The notes: generated by a model not told the origin, from the letters alone. A stretch of 64,000 bases of DNA from Candidatus Saccharimonadia bacterium (GCA_023253175.1 JALRHH010000002.1:320199-384198); one strand, 5' to 3'; shown: positions 35,988 to 45,438, numbered from the stretch's first letter. Translations and numbers: made by a program.

Positions 35988-37829
35988 ATGGCAGATCAAA
36001 AAGACCTTCATCCAATGCGGCATTCGCTCGCACATATTATGGCGACTGCTGTGACCACACTCTGGCCAGAAGCCCGCTTAGGCGTGGGCCCAGTTGTAGA
36101 CAATGGATTTTATTACGATATCGACCTCGGTGACACCAAGATTTCAGAGGAAGATTTTCCAAAAATTGAAGCTAAAATGGCCGAGATCATCAAAGCTAAT
36201 CAGGCGTTCGAGCGATTTGAACTACCGGTTGATGAGGCGATCAAGTGGGCACAAGATGCAAAGCAGCCATACAAGGAAGAATTACTTAATGACCTAAAGC
36301 GTCAGGGGACTACCGTAGCGAAAGACCTCGATAGCGAAGCTATGGGCACGATTGCTGATGGCGATGCAGCGGTTGAAAATGTTTCTTTCTATAGGAATGG
36401 TGATTTTACCGATCTATGCCGTGGCCCACACGTAGAATCAACAGGCAAGGTCGGCGCATTCAAGCTGATGCGCGTAGCTGGTGCATACTGGCGCGGCAAA
36501 GATACTAATCCTCAGATGCAGCGTCTCTACGGTGTGGCATTTAGTACTCCGAAGGAACTGAGACAGCATTTAGATATGCTTGAGGAGGCAAAAAAGCGCG
36601 ATCACCGTAAACTCGGCCAGGAACTGGACTTGTTCGTAGTATCTGACTTGGTTGGCCCGGGTTTACCGCTGTTTACACCTCGTGGAACTGTTATTCGTGA
36701 AGAACTCGCACGATTTTCTAATGAGCTTAGGGAAAATGCTGGTTTCCAAAAGGTGGCAACACCTCATATTACCCGTGAAGCGCTCTATGTTAAATCTGGA
36801 CACTGGGCAAAGTTTGGCGACGAGTTATTCCTTGTCCAGAGCCAAGAGACAAGCGATAAGTTCGTCATGAAGCCGATGAACTGCCCGCATCACACACAGA
36901 TTTTTGCGTCTCACCCACGCAGTTACCGTGATATGCCACTCCGTTATCTCGATACAACCACGGTATACAGGGACGAGAAGAGTGGTGAGCTCGGCGGTCT
37001 GTCGCGCGTACGTTCGATTACACAAGATGATAGTCACGTTTTCTGTCGATCTGACCAGATAGAAAAAGAGATTGATAGCCTCATGTCAGCCGCTCGACAG
37101 CTCTATGAGACAGTTGGAATGAAACTTCGTGTGCGTTTGTCGTATAGGGATGAAAGTGATGCGTATTTGGGTGATGTATCTGTTTGGGAATCTGCTCAGG
37201 CTCAGCTAAAATCGGCAGTGGTTAAGAACGGTCTTGAATACTTTGAAGTAGAAGGTGAGGCTGCTTTCTATGGTCCAAAGATCGATATGATGGCAAGTGA
37301 CGCGCTTGGCCGCGAACACCAGCTTGCAACAGTACAGCTGGATTTTGTGCAGCCAGAGCGTTTTGAGCTTGAGTACACTGATGAAAATGGTGATAAACAG
37401 CACCCCGTGATGATTCATAACGCAATCCTTGGTTCACTCGAGCGATTCATGAGCGTATACATAGAGCACACCGCAGGCCGCTTCCCGGTGTGGGTTGCGC
37501 CTGAACAGATTCGTCTTATTACCGTCAACCAGGAGGATGCTACCGTCGCCTTTGCGGATAGTGTACTACTACAGGCCAAAGAACTTGGGCTTCGTGTAAC
37601 GGTTGATAACTCAAACGAATCAGTCGGTAAGAAAATTCGTGCTGCTGAGGTAGCAAAGGTACCATATACAATTGTGATTGGTGAAAAAGAAATGGAAAGT
37701 AGTCAAGTCATGCCTCGTATCCGCAAGGATATCGAAGTCGAATCTGATCATCAGCCGCTCAGTTTTGAGAATTTCTTTAAGACGGTGGCCCACGAGGCAA
37801 AATCACGAACTACTAAAAGCTCACTGTAG
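35988..37829 (+). CDS. thrS: Threonine--tRNA ligase
   Basis: RHSLAHI, DLCRGPHV, GAYWRG, RDHRKLG, KPMNCPHH, AFYGPKID. Confidence 0.98.
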   Translation: MADQKDLHPMRHSLAHIMATAVTTLWPEARLGVGPVVDNGFYYDIDLGDTKISEEDFPKIEAKMAEIIKANQAFERFELPVDEAIKWAQDAKQPYKEELLNDLKRQGTTVAKDLDSEAMGTIADGDAAVENVSFYRNGDFTDLCRGPHVESTGKVGAFKLMRVAGAYWRGKDTNPQMQRLYGVAFSTPKELRQHLDMLEEAKKRDHRKLGQELDLFVVSDLVGPGLPLFTPRGTVIREELARFSNELRENAGFQKVATPHITREALYVKSGHWAKFGDELFLVQSQETSDKFVMKPMNCPHHTQIFASHPRSYRDMPLRYLDTTTVYRDEKSGELGGLSRVRSITQDDSHVFCRSDQIEKEIDSLMSAARQLYETVGMKLRVRLSYRDESDAYLGDVSVWESAQAQLKSAVVKNGLEYFEVEGEAAFYGPKIDMMASDALGREHQLATVQLDFVQPERFELEYTDENGDKQHPVMIHNAILGSLERFMSVYIEHTAGRFPVWVAPEQIRLITVNQEDATVAFADSVLLQAKELGLRVTVDNSNESVGKKIRAAEVAKVPYTIVIGEKEMESSQVMPRIRKDIEVESDHQPLSFENFFKTVAHEAKSRTTKSSL

Positions 37830-37835
37830 GATACT

Positions 37836-38429
37836 ATGAAAAAACCGATCATTGCCGTAGACATTGATGAAGTACTTTTTCCATTTGTTAGAGAATTTGC
37901 GGTACATCACAATGAGAAATACGCTACGTCATTGTTACCGGAACAATTTACGACATATCGGTTCGAGGATGTGATAGCCGGTATTGATCAATCTGAGGCT
38001 ATCAAGAGAGTGTATGATTTTACCGCTGAGGATCATGCATCAATCGAACCGCTAAAAGACGCGAGGGAAGGTATCACTCGCCTTGGGGCTAAATATGACA
38101 TTGTGCTCGTGACAGCAAGGCATCCAAAGTTTAAGGCCAGTACCGAGGGTTGGCTTGATAGGTATTTTCCAGGTATGTTCAAGGACTTGGTGATGATAGG
38201 GTTTGAGCATGACGCAACGGTGGCGCCGCGTACTAAAGCACAAGTTTGTGTCGAGCTGGAAGCCATAGCACTCGTAGATGACTCACCTAAATATCTTTCC
38301 CAAGCAGTTGAAGCGGGTGTAAAAGGAATATTATTTGGTGATTATCCATGGAACCAAGTCGAGTTCACGGGTCCGTATATAACAAGGGTTTCAGGATGGA
38401 TTCAATTGGCGGAACATTTCAATGCTTGA
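37836..38429 (+). CDS. HAD-family 5'(3')-deoxyribonucleotidase-like protein
   Basis: IAVDIDEVL, LVTAR, K...LVDDSP, YPWN. Confidence 0.88.
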   Translation: MKKPIIAVDIDEVLFPFVREFAVHHNEKYATSLLPEQFTTYRFEDVIAGIDQSEAIKRVYDFTAEDHASIEPLKDAREGITRLGAKYDIVLVTARHPKFKASTEGWLDRYFPGMFKDLVMIGFEHDATVAPRTKAQVCVELEAIALVDDSPKYLSQAVEAGVKGILFGDYPWNQVEFTGPYITRVSGWIQLAEHFNA

Positions 38430-38763
38430 TAGTGACTTTCGAACGAGAGTAGAGGCGATTGTAGCCCAGATACCAAAGGGAAGGGTCATGACGTATGGGC
38501 AAATTGCGGCACTGTGCGGTAACGCACGTGCATCCAGAGTCGTGGGCGGCATTGCTCACTTTGGTGACCCCGACTTGCCATGGCAGCGTGTTGTGAACAA
38601 GAAGGGTGGTTTAGCTACTGGATACCCTGGTGGCAGGCCAGCGCACGCACTTCATTTAGCTCAAGAAGGCGTAGAGATTGATGCAGAATTCTATGTTCAG
38701 GATATGCATGAACGTTTGTGGTACCCAGAAGGCATGGGTCCTAATCAGGGGCGACTGTTATGA
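38422..38763 (+). CDS. Alkyltransferase-like (ATL, MGMT-family) protein
   Basis: IPKGRVMTYGQIA, R.VG, PWQRVVN (Trp in place of the catalytic Cys). Confidence 0.92.
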   Translation: MLDSDFRTRVEAIVAQIPKGRVMTYGQIAALCGNARASRVVGGIAHFGDPDLPWQRVVNKKGGLATGYPGGRPAHALHLAQEGVEIDAEFYVQDMHERLWYPEGMGPNQGRLL

Positions 38764-39629
38764 CGCCATTGGTCGTGATAGTAGGGGAGACTGCGAGCGG
38801 TAAGACTGCCTTATCGATTGAGCTTGCCAAGCGGCTTGGTGGTGAGATTATCTGTGCTGACTCTTGGACGGTGTACAAAGGGTTTGATATTGGTACTGCC
38901 AAGCCAACAGCAGAAGAGCAGCAGGGTGTTCCCCATCATTTACTGGATGTTGCAGATCCATCAGAAGGGTTCAGTGCTGCGGTATTTCAGAGAATGGCCA
39001 AGCAGAAGATAGAAGAAATAGCAGCAAGAGGCAGCTTGCCAATCATAGTTGGCGGCACTGGGCTCTATGCGGACAGTATCTTGTACGACTACAGCTTCTT
39101 GCCCGCATCAGATCCGGCGCAGCGCGAGGTGCTCAATCAAATGAGCCTCGATGATTTGCTGCAAAAGGCTGCTGATATGGGATTGGATACAAGCCAGGTT
39201 GATGTACGAAATAAGCGCCGTGTCATACGGCTTATAGAAAATAATGGGCAAATGCCGACCCGTCAGCCCCTCCGGGAAAATACTGTTGTGCTGGGTATTC
39301 GCCGGCCGGGTGCTGAAATGGAACAACGAATCATTCAGCGTATTGAGGCAATGATTGATTCAGGTTTTGTTGATGAAGTCGCAAAGTTGGGTGCTCAGTA
39401 TGGCTGGGACTGCGAAGCGATGAAAGCTCCGGGTTACACAGCGCTTGCGCAGTACATTAATGGAACCATTGGCCTCGACGAGGCTAAGCAGCGAACCGTC
39501 CGTCAGCATCTGCAGCTCGCCAAGAAACAGCGAACTTGGTTTAAACGAAATTCTAGTATTCAATGGGTCTCAACAGATGACAGTATTGAAGACATTTGTG
39601 AAAACGTGCGACATACGTTGAACAAATAA
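38760..39629 (+). CDS. miaA: tRNA dimethylallyltransferase
   Basis: GETASGKT, DIGTAKP, PHHLLD, VGGTGLY, AKKQRTWF. Confidence 0.97.
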   Translation: MTPLVVIVGETASGKTALSIELAKRLGGEIICADSWTVYKGFDIGTAKPTAEEQQGVPHHLLDVADPSEGFSAAVFQRMAKQKIEEIAARGSLPIIVGGTGLYADSILYDYSFLPASDPAQREVLNQMSLDDLLQKAADMGLDTSQVDVRNKRRVIRLIENNGQMPTRQPLRENTVVLGIRRPGAEMEQRIIQRIEAMIDSGFVDEVAKLGAQYGWDCEAMKAPGYTALAQYINGTIGLDEAKQRTVRQHLQLAKKQRTWFKRNSSIQWVSTDDSIEDICENVRHTLNK

Positions 39630-39667
39630 CATTTAGCAATGCCGCCTGGGTTTGTTACAATGACTGT

Positions 39668-40285
39668 ATGGTTGAACAACTCTTTGGGTCCAAAACACGT
39701 GTAAAGCTTTTGCAGCTTTTTTATAGCAATCCGAATCGATCATTTTATGTTCGTGAAATAACAAGAAAAATTGATGAACAAATAAACTCAGTTCGGCGCG
39801 AGCTTGCTAATTTGCTCAGTATTGGAATTATTTCGTCTGACAATACTAATAATCGTTTATATTATGAAGTAAATCAGCAATATGAATATTATGAGCCACT
39901 TGCCGCGATCTTTGGCGGCGGTGTCATGTCGGCTCCGGCCGCACCAGCTGCTGATGCTCAGGCAACATCGATTAAGTCACTTGGGAACGTGCGCTTGGCA
40001 TTTTTGACAGGGCAGTTTACCCGTGATGATGCCAGCGGTACGGACTTATTTATAGTAGGCGATGTCAATCAGACGCAGCTTACAAAGTTTGTATCAGAGC
40101 TCGAACAGCAAGAAGGTAAAGAGATCCGCTTTACTCTTATGCAGCCGCAGGAGTTCAAATATCGTCAGCAGGTGAATGATCGGTTCTTGAATTTAGTCAT
40201 GACATCCAAGATGCAGGTACTAATAGATAAAGATAAAGTGCTCACCGTAGCCAAGCCAGACAATTCAGAAAAAGAAGAGGAGTAA
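39668..40285 (+). CDS. Winged-HTH protein with degenerate nucleotidyltransferase-like C-domain
   Basis: LFGSKTRVKLL...FYVREITR...NSVRREL; DLFIVG. Confidence 0.8.
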   Translation: MVEQLFGSKTRVKLLQLFYSNPNRSFYVREITRKIDEQINSVRRELANLLSIGIISSDNTNNRLYYEVNQQYEYYEPLAAIFGGGVMSAPAAPAADAQATSIKSLGNVRLAFLTGQFTRDDASGTDLFIVGDVNQTQLTKFVSELEQQEGKEIRFTLMQPQEFKYRQQVNDRFLNLVMTSKMQVLIDKDKVLTVAKPDNSEKEEE

Positions 40286-40287
40286 CC

Positions 40288-40911
40288 ATGGAATTACAGT
40301 ATTTCGGAGCTAACACTATTAAGATCGCAACCAAGAAGGCGACCATTACGATTGACGACAACCTTGCTGAGCTCGGTGCAAAGTCAGTGACCAAAGCTGG
40401 TGACATTAGTCTGTTTACTGGTGCACACGGCGTATTGCCGGTTGAGTCAAAGATTGTGGTTGATCAGCCTGGCGAATACGAAGTGTCAGATATCTCTATT
40501 CAGGGTATTCCAGCTCGTTCTCACCTGGATGAAGAAGGAAAACTTAGTGCAACAATCTATAAGCTATTGATTGATGATGTACGCGTAGCAGTTATTGGTC
40601 ATATCTATCCTGCGCTCAGTAGTAGCCAGCTTGAGGCACTCGGTACAATTGATGTATTGATTATCCCTGTCGGCGGTAACGGCTATACACTTGATCCAGT
40701 TGGTGCGCTAAAACTCGTGAAAGACATCGAGCCGAAGCTGATTATCCCAACTCACTTTGAAGATACTTCACTAAACTATCCTGTGCCGCAGCAACCGCTT
40801 ACAGAAGCGATTAAGGTACTTGCTATGGAGCCACGTGAAACAACCGCCAAGCTCAAGCTCAAAGCTGCTGACCTAGGTGAAGGTACCCAGCTCGTTATCC
40901 TAGAGCGCTAA
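40288..40911 (+). CDS. Metallo-beta-lactamase-fold protein (degenerate metal motif)
   Basis: PGEYEV, DVLIIPVGG, IIPTH; no HxHxDH. Confidence 0.85.
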   Translation: MELQYFGANTIKIATKKATITIDDNLAELGAKSVTKAGDISLFTGAHGVLPVESKIVVDQPGEYEVSDISIQGIPARSHLDEEGKLSATIYKLLIDDVRVAVIGHIYPALSSSQLEALGTIDVLIIPVGGNGYTLDPVGALKLVKDIEPKLIIPTHFEDTSLNYPVPQQPLTEAIKVLAMEPRETTAKLKLKAADLGEGTQLVILER

Positions 40912-40926
40912 GTATTGATATAGTTC

Positions 40927-40965
40927 TAATTAAAAACTCCCGGTTTTCCCGGGAGTTTTTAATTA
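40927..40965. terminator. Bidirectional terminator
   Basis: TAATTAAAAACTCCCGG-ttttc-CCGGGAGTTTTTAATTA. Confidence 0.9.
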
Positions 40966-41157
40966 CGCGGCGATGACGCCTTTTTTCTTGAGGGTGCGAA
41001 TAGCCTGTGTGCTAAGCTTCATCGTAACCTTCTTGCCGTCGACTACGAGAGTCTTCTTCTGAAGATTCGGCTTCCATACCTTTTTGGTGTGGCGCTGTGA
41101 GAAGCTAACGTTGCTACCAAACTGCTTGCCCTTGCCAGTGATTTCACACTTCTGCAT
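40963..41157 (-). CDS. rpmB: 50S ribosomal protein L28
   Basis: CEITGKGKQFGSNVSFSQRHTKKVWKPNLQ. Confidence 0.96.
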   Translation of the reverse strand: MQKCEITGKGKQFGSNVSFSQRHTKKVWKPNLQKKTLVVDGKKVTMKLSTQAIRTLKKKGVIAA

Positions 41158-41352
41158 TGCTAATCCTTCCGTCCCGTCCACACTTAATTTATTGGCTGGA
41201 ACATTCAAGGCTGAATTATATCTGTTTTATCTCTGTTAGTCAAGACTAAAACAGGGGAGAGTATTTGGTATAGTTGAGGCACGGAAGAAAACATAAGTAC
41301 ACGTATAGTTTCTGGGTACAGAAAGCCATATCCGTAGGATATACTAATATAT

Positions 41353-41976
41353 ATGGATTTCTTCGGCACAAACCTCATTCTGTTTATTGTCTCTCTGGTA
41401 ATTGCAATCAGCATTCACGAAATGATGCACGCGCTCACAGCCTTTTGGCTTGGTGATGATACGGCGAGTGATCATGGGAGGATTACGCTCAACCCATTGG
41501 CGCATATCGACCCGTTAACGACGATTTTACTGCCAATTGTTCTTATTATGCTTCATTTGCCACCTATTTTGGCTGCGAAACCAGTTCCTTTCAACCCTGA
41601 TAGGGTCAAGTTTGAGGAGTTTGGGGCTGCGCTCGTAGGGCTGGCAGGGCCGTTAACAAACCTTGCATTAGCTATCGTATCGGCACTGACACTGGGTTTG
41701 ATCCAGCCGGATTTCGGCACGCTACCAAGAGATTTCCTACTTATGTTTATCAATTTGAACGTAGCACTGTTTGTATTTAATATGCTGCCGATCCCGCCGC
41801 TTGACGGGTCCCGCGTGCTTTATGCCTTTGCTCCAGAGCCAGTGCAACGTGTCATGGCACAGATTGAACAGTTTGGTATCATTGCGATTTTATTGATTCT
41901 ACTTATAATTGGTCCATCATTCTTATTCCCGATAATTTCAGATTTAAATGACTACATCCTTAGGCTCTTGGTATAA
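41353..41976 (+). CDS. Site-2 protease (M50) family protein
   Basis: HEMMH, AGPLTN, FNMLPIPPLDG. Confidence 0.95.
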   Translation: MDFFGTNLILFIVSLVIAISIHEMMHALTAFWLGDDTASDHGRITLNPLAHIDPLTTILLPIVLIMLHLPPILAAKPVPFNPDRVKFEEFGAALVGLAGPLTNLALAIVSALTLGLIQPDFGTLPRDFLLMFINLNVALFVFNMLPIPPLDGSRVLYAFAPEPVQRVMAQIEQFGIIAILLILLIIGPSFLFPIISDLNDYILRLLV

Positions 41977-41981
41977 TAGAA

Positions 41982-42145
41982 GTAGGCTTTAGCACGTACT
42001 TGTACGTTAAAAGAGGTCTGTAATGATAATCTGAATACTTATCATTAGGGATTCCAATATTCGTTGCAATACTGCGGTATTGCCGTGCGGAGACCCACCT
42101 GGAGATTTATAGTCCGGGTTGTCATAAGGCTTCGCTAAGGTCTAC
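41982..42145 (+). ncRNA. Candidate multi-stem ncRNA
   Basis: TATAAT at 41972; closing stem GTAGGCTTTAGC/GCTAAGGTCTAC; four internal hairpins; terminator at 42143-42184. Confidence 0.5.
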
Positions 42146-42181
42146 ATAAAAAGTCCGAAGTAGTTCTTCGGACTTTTTATG

Positions 42182-42257
42182 TGGTCAGGATGACTGGACT
42201 TGAACCAGCGGTCTCTGCACCCCCAGCGCAGCGCTTTACCAACTAAGCTACACCCTG
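42182..42257 (-). tRNA. tRNA-Pro(GGG)
   Basis: Cloverleaf; anticodon GGG; CCA end. Confidence 0.93.
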
Positions 42258-42320
42258 ACAATGTTTGATAGTATAGCGGTATCTTCGTCGATTTAACAGA
42301 TCTGCGGTACAATAGGCTAT

Positions 42321-43004
42321 ATGTGGCAAACAACAGAAAATAAATTACACAAACAGTTCAAATTTGGTAGTTTTGATGAAGCGATAGATTTTATCAACAA
42401 GGTCGCCAAACTTGCGCGTAGCAAGAACCACCACCCGGTAATTATTAATATATACGATACTGTAGAGCTGGAGCTCAGTACACATGAGGCGGGGAATATC
42501 GTAACTGACAAAGACACTGATTTTGCCGAGGCGGTTGATGCAATACTGAATCCCCTAAAGCCAGAGCCAGCAGAAGCTATAGTGCCAACATCTGCGAAAT
42601 TCGTGAAGCTATTCGGTGACGGTGGTTCACGTGGTAATCCAGGGCCATCAGCGTCTGGGTTTGTTATTCTTGATGCCGACGATAATTTGATCTTGGAAAA
42701 GGGCGTATATCTTGGCATTACAACTAACAATCAGGCTGAATATCAGTCTCTCAAGCTCGGTCTTGAAGAGGCGCGTCGCATGGGCGTACAAGAGGTAGCG
42801 GTGCATATGGACAGCTTACTTGTCATTAATCAGATGAAGGGTATTTTTAAGGTCAAGAACCGTGATCTCTGGCCAATCTACGAATCTATCAAGGAACTCG
42901 TGACCCACTTTAAGAAAGTGACATTTACGCATGTCCCGCGTGAGCTCAACAAGCTTGCAGACGCCGAAGTCAACAAGGCTCTCGATCTCGAAGCTGGCAA
43001 ATAG
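42321..43004 (+). CDS. rnhA: Pterin-4a-carbinolamine dehydratase domain fused to ribonuclease HI
   Basis: N-half FKFGSFDEAIDFINKVA..A....HHP...STHEAG..TDKD; C-half DGGSRGNPG, TNNQAEY, MDSLLVINQ, HVPRELNKLAD. Confidence 0.92.
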   Translation: MWQTTENKLHKQFKFGSFDEAIDFINKVAKLARSKNHHPVIINIYDTVELELSTHEAGNIVTDKDTDFAEAVDAILNPLKPEPAEAIVPTSAKFVKLFGDGGSRGNPGPSASGFVILDADDNLILEKGVYLGITTNNQAEYQSLKLGLEEARRMGVQEVAVHMDSLLVINQMKGIFKVKNRDLWPIYESIKELVTHFKKVTFTHVPRELNKLADAEVNKALDLEAGK

Positions 43005-43041
43005 GCCCCGAGAGTGCTAACGGTTATGGTACAATATAGGG

Positions 43042-43394
43042 GTCAGGCTATCGGCTGGCCGCTTATACTCCCGTATAAGAGGAAAGTCCGGGCAGCGTAG
43101 GGAAAGACAGTTGCTAACGGCAACCGGGGGCAACCCTAGGGAAAGTGCCACAGAAACGATACCGCTCATTTATGAGTAAGGGTGAAACGAGTGGGGTAAA
43201 AGCCCACAGTCCTGCATGGTGACATGCGGGGGAGGTAAACCCTGTCTGCTGCAAGGAGATTGATCCTACTTAGAGGTTTCCCGCCTTGGGTCAGTCATAA
43301 AATCCGCTTGAGCCACTGAGCAATCGGTGGACTAGATAGATGGTCGGCAAGGCCGTTCGCGGCTGAACAGAACCCGGCTTATAGGTATTCTGAC
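43042..43394 (+). ncRNA. rnpB: RNase P RNA
   Basis: GAGGAAAGTCCGGGC, AGTGCCACAGAAA, GGGTGAAAC, ACAGAACCCGGCTTA. Confidence 0.96.
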
Positions 43395-43441
43395 AATATC
43401 GAAAACCACGGCGCAACAGCCGTGGTTTTTGCTTACATATA

Positions 43442-43470
43442 TTGACAAAATGCTAATGCTTATGTATAAT
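43442..43470 (+). promoter_or_regulatory. Consensus sigma70 promoter
   Basis: TTGACA-17bp-TATAAT. Confidence 0.85.
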
Positions 43471-43478
43471 ATTTTATT

Positions 43479-43733
43479 ATGACACAAAACAAAAATTTCG
43501 AAATGACAACGCTTAAAGGAAACTCTGATTTAAGTCAGGTTGAGGTTGGTGATCACGTACAGTTCCATCGTGGAGAAGGTCAGCGGGCGATTATCTTCCC
43601 GGCCGATAAGGTGCTGACCTCAGATCGACAATCTCTGCACGAAGCGTCAGATGGTAGTAGTGAGCTACTCGATGGTTCTTATGCCGTCAAACTCGGTGGC
43701 GCAGTCATTGGCCTGTCAGAAATTGATAAATAG
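43479..43733 (+). CDS. Hypothetical protein
   Basis: 84-aa ORF behind a consensus promoter. Confidence 0.6.
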   Translation: MTQNKNFEMTTLKGNSDLSQVEVGDHVQFHRGEGQRAIIFPADKVLTSDRQSLHEASDGSSELLDGSYAVKLGGAVIGLSEIDK

Positions 43734-43748
43734 AAATCTACAAATAAC

Positions 43749-45026
43749 ATGCCTCACACTCCAGAATCAGAAGCAGCCCAACAATTAATAGAGCATGAAG
43801 CCGTAACTCAAGCAGTTGGTGGTCTTGCGATGACCGAACTTATCCAAACTGCAGTCACTGATGAACTTATCGCAGAGCGTAATAATGACTTTGCTGATCG
43901 ATATGGACGCGGCCATAAGAGCAAGCAAAAGATACTCGATGACTTAGCCACAGGACCCGTAGAGCATACGATCGCCTACAAATCTTTGCTTACCGAGTAT
44001 CTGGATAAACACACTGAGCACGGCCAAATTCAGACTGCCGAGCAAATCGCTGACTATTTAGACGTCGCTGTTGCCCACGTTAAGTCCCGCAAGCTTGCCG
44101 GGGAATATGGTTATATTCATAGGGGTATATCAAAGGAGATATACAGGAGCGGTGTCCCAAAGGATGTGCTTGCTCGGGCAATGGGTGAAGATGTCCATGA
44201 CGCAAAACTTGCAGCAAAGCAGGCAGCTGAAAACGTAACAAAGATGATAGAGAAGATACCATATAATTTTGCTGCAGAGGTTAAGAGGGGGTTCGCACAG
44301 GAGCTTAACATGCCAACATCAGATATGGTTTCGTTTGTTGGCCACGAAATTCCCGAAGAGATACTCGGCCACCAGGATGCGATTACACGCGGAAATCTGC
44401 GAATTGCAAAAGAAGTGATACCATATGAACCCGAAAAGGTAGAAGCCGAAATACCTAATTACCTTATGCGCGCAACCCGAGGTACAGTGGCTCCGAGCCT
44501 TCTGCTGCCCGCCGTGCGAAGTTACTTTAGTAAGGAATATCCCGAGGGTTTATTGGCTAACTCAAGGAGCCGTCCAGATTATGCCGCTGCAACAACAGAT
44601 ATGCTAATGCTTACATTAAAAGAGATGAAGGATGTTGATAAGAACGCTGGATCTATGTATGGCATGCTACTCCAGCAAGCGGAGCGCGTATCTCGTAGCG
44701 GGCGTTTAGACGTACGAAACTCGGTAAAGGCATCGGACGCGCTGCGTCCTCCAGTTGGAGCATTGGTTAATTTGGCAAACAAGCTTAGTCCGTCACTAGA
44801 AAAGGCAACCGGTAGAGCACACGACCCCATTACTTCCGATGGTGGTGATCTGCAGTTTACGCAGGCAGTTAGTCGGATTACTGAGGCTCTATTGTTTGCG
44901 ACCAAGAACCCTGATTTTACCGTAGACCAAGCGGAGCATGCAGTTGCGAGCCTCGAGTGTATTGACCTTATGAATGGTCGACTTGAGCAGTATATGCACG
45001 CCAGGGCTGCAGCCACTCGGAAATAA
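43749..45026 (+). CDS. Hypothetical helical protein
   Basis: 425-aa ORF; no recognisable motif. Confidence 0.8.
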   Translation: MPHTPESEAAQQLIEHEAVTQAVGGLAMTELIQTAVTDELIAERNNDFADRYGRGHKSKQKILDDLATGPVEHTIAYKSLLTEYLDKHTEHGQIQTAEQIADYLDVAVAHVKSRKLAGEYGYIHRGISKEIYRSGVPKDVLARAMGEDVHDAKLAAKQAAENVTKMIEKIPYNFAAEVKRGFAQELNMPTSDMVSFVGHEIPEEILGHQDAITRGNLRIAKEVIPYEPEKVEAEIPNYLMRATRGTVAPSLLLPAVRSYFSKEYPEGLLANSRSRPDYAAATTDMLMLTLKEMKDVDKNAGSMYGMLLQQAERVSRSGRLDVRNSVKASDALRPPVGALVNLANKLSPSLEKATGRAHDPITSDGGDLQFTQAVSRITEALLFATKNPDFTVDQAEHAVASLECIDLMNGRLEQYMHARAAATRK

Positions 45027-45042
45027 AATAATCCGGATAAAG

Positions 45043-45074
45043 AAAAAACACCCCGGTAATCCGAGGTGTTTTTT
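45043..45074. terminator. Bidirectional terminator
   Basis: AAAAAACACCCCGG-taat-CCGAGGTGTTTTTT. Confidence 0.8.
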
Positions 45075-45096
45075 GTTATAAGAAGTTTGGAGTAAC

Positions 45097-45438
45097 TTAC
45101 TTAGCTGACTTTACGACAGCTTCGAATGCCTTTGGCTCGTTAACTGCAAGTTCTGCGAGAACTTTACGGTCAAGTGAAACATTAGCTTTCTTGAGACCAG
45201 CAATTAGACGGCTGTAGGTTGTGCCGTGCAAACGAGCACCAGCGTTAATACGGGTGTTCCATAGCTGGCGGAAAGTTCGCTTGCGGTCCTTGCGGTCGCG
45301 AGTAGCGTTTTCCATTGCTTTAACGATAGCTTGCTTACCGCGCTTGATGCTTGAGCGGTTACTGCGGGTCATGCCCTTAGTAGCTGATCGAATCTTGTTG
45401 TGCTTTGCGCGTGATGTTACGCCTCTTTTAACTCGCAT
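45097..45438 (-). CDS. rplT: 50S ribosomal protein L20
   Basis: MRVKRGV...RDRK.RKR.FRQLW..RINA...LDRKVLAELA. Confidence 0.97.
   Translation of the reverse strand: MRVKRGVTSRAKHNKIRSATKGMTRSNRSSIKRGKQAIVKAMENATRDRKDRKRTFRQLWNTRINAGARLHGTTYSRLIAGLKKANVSLDRKVLAELAVNEPKAFEAVVKSAK

Noticed and set aside
38422..38763. Active O6-methylguanine methyltransferase (ogt)
   Set aside because: PCHR is replaced by PWQR, the known non-catalytic ATL family; ordinary.
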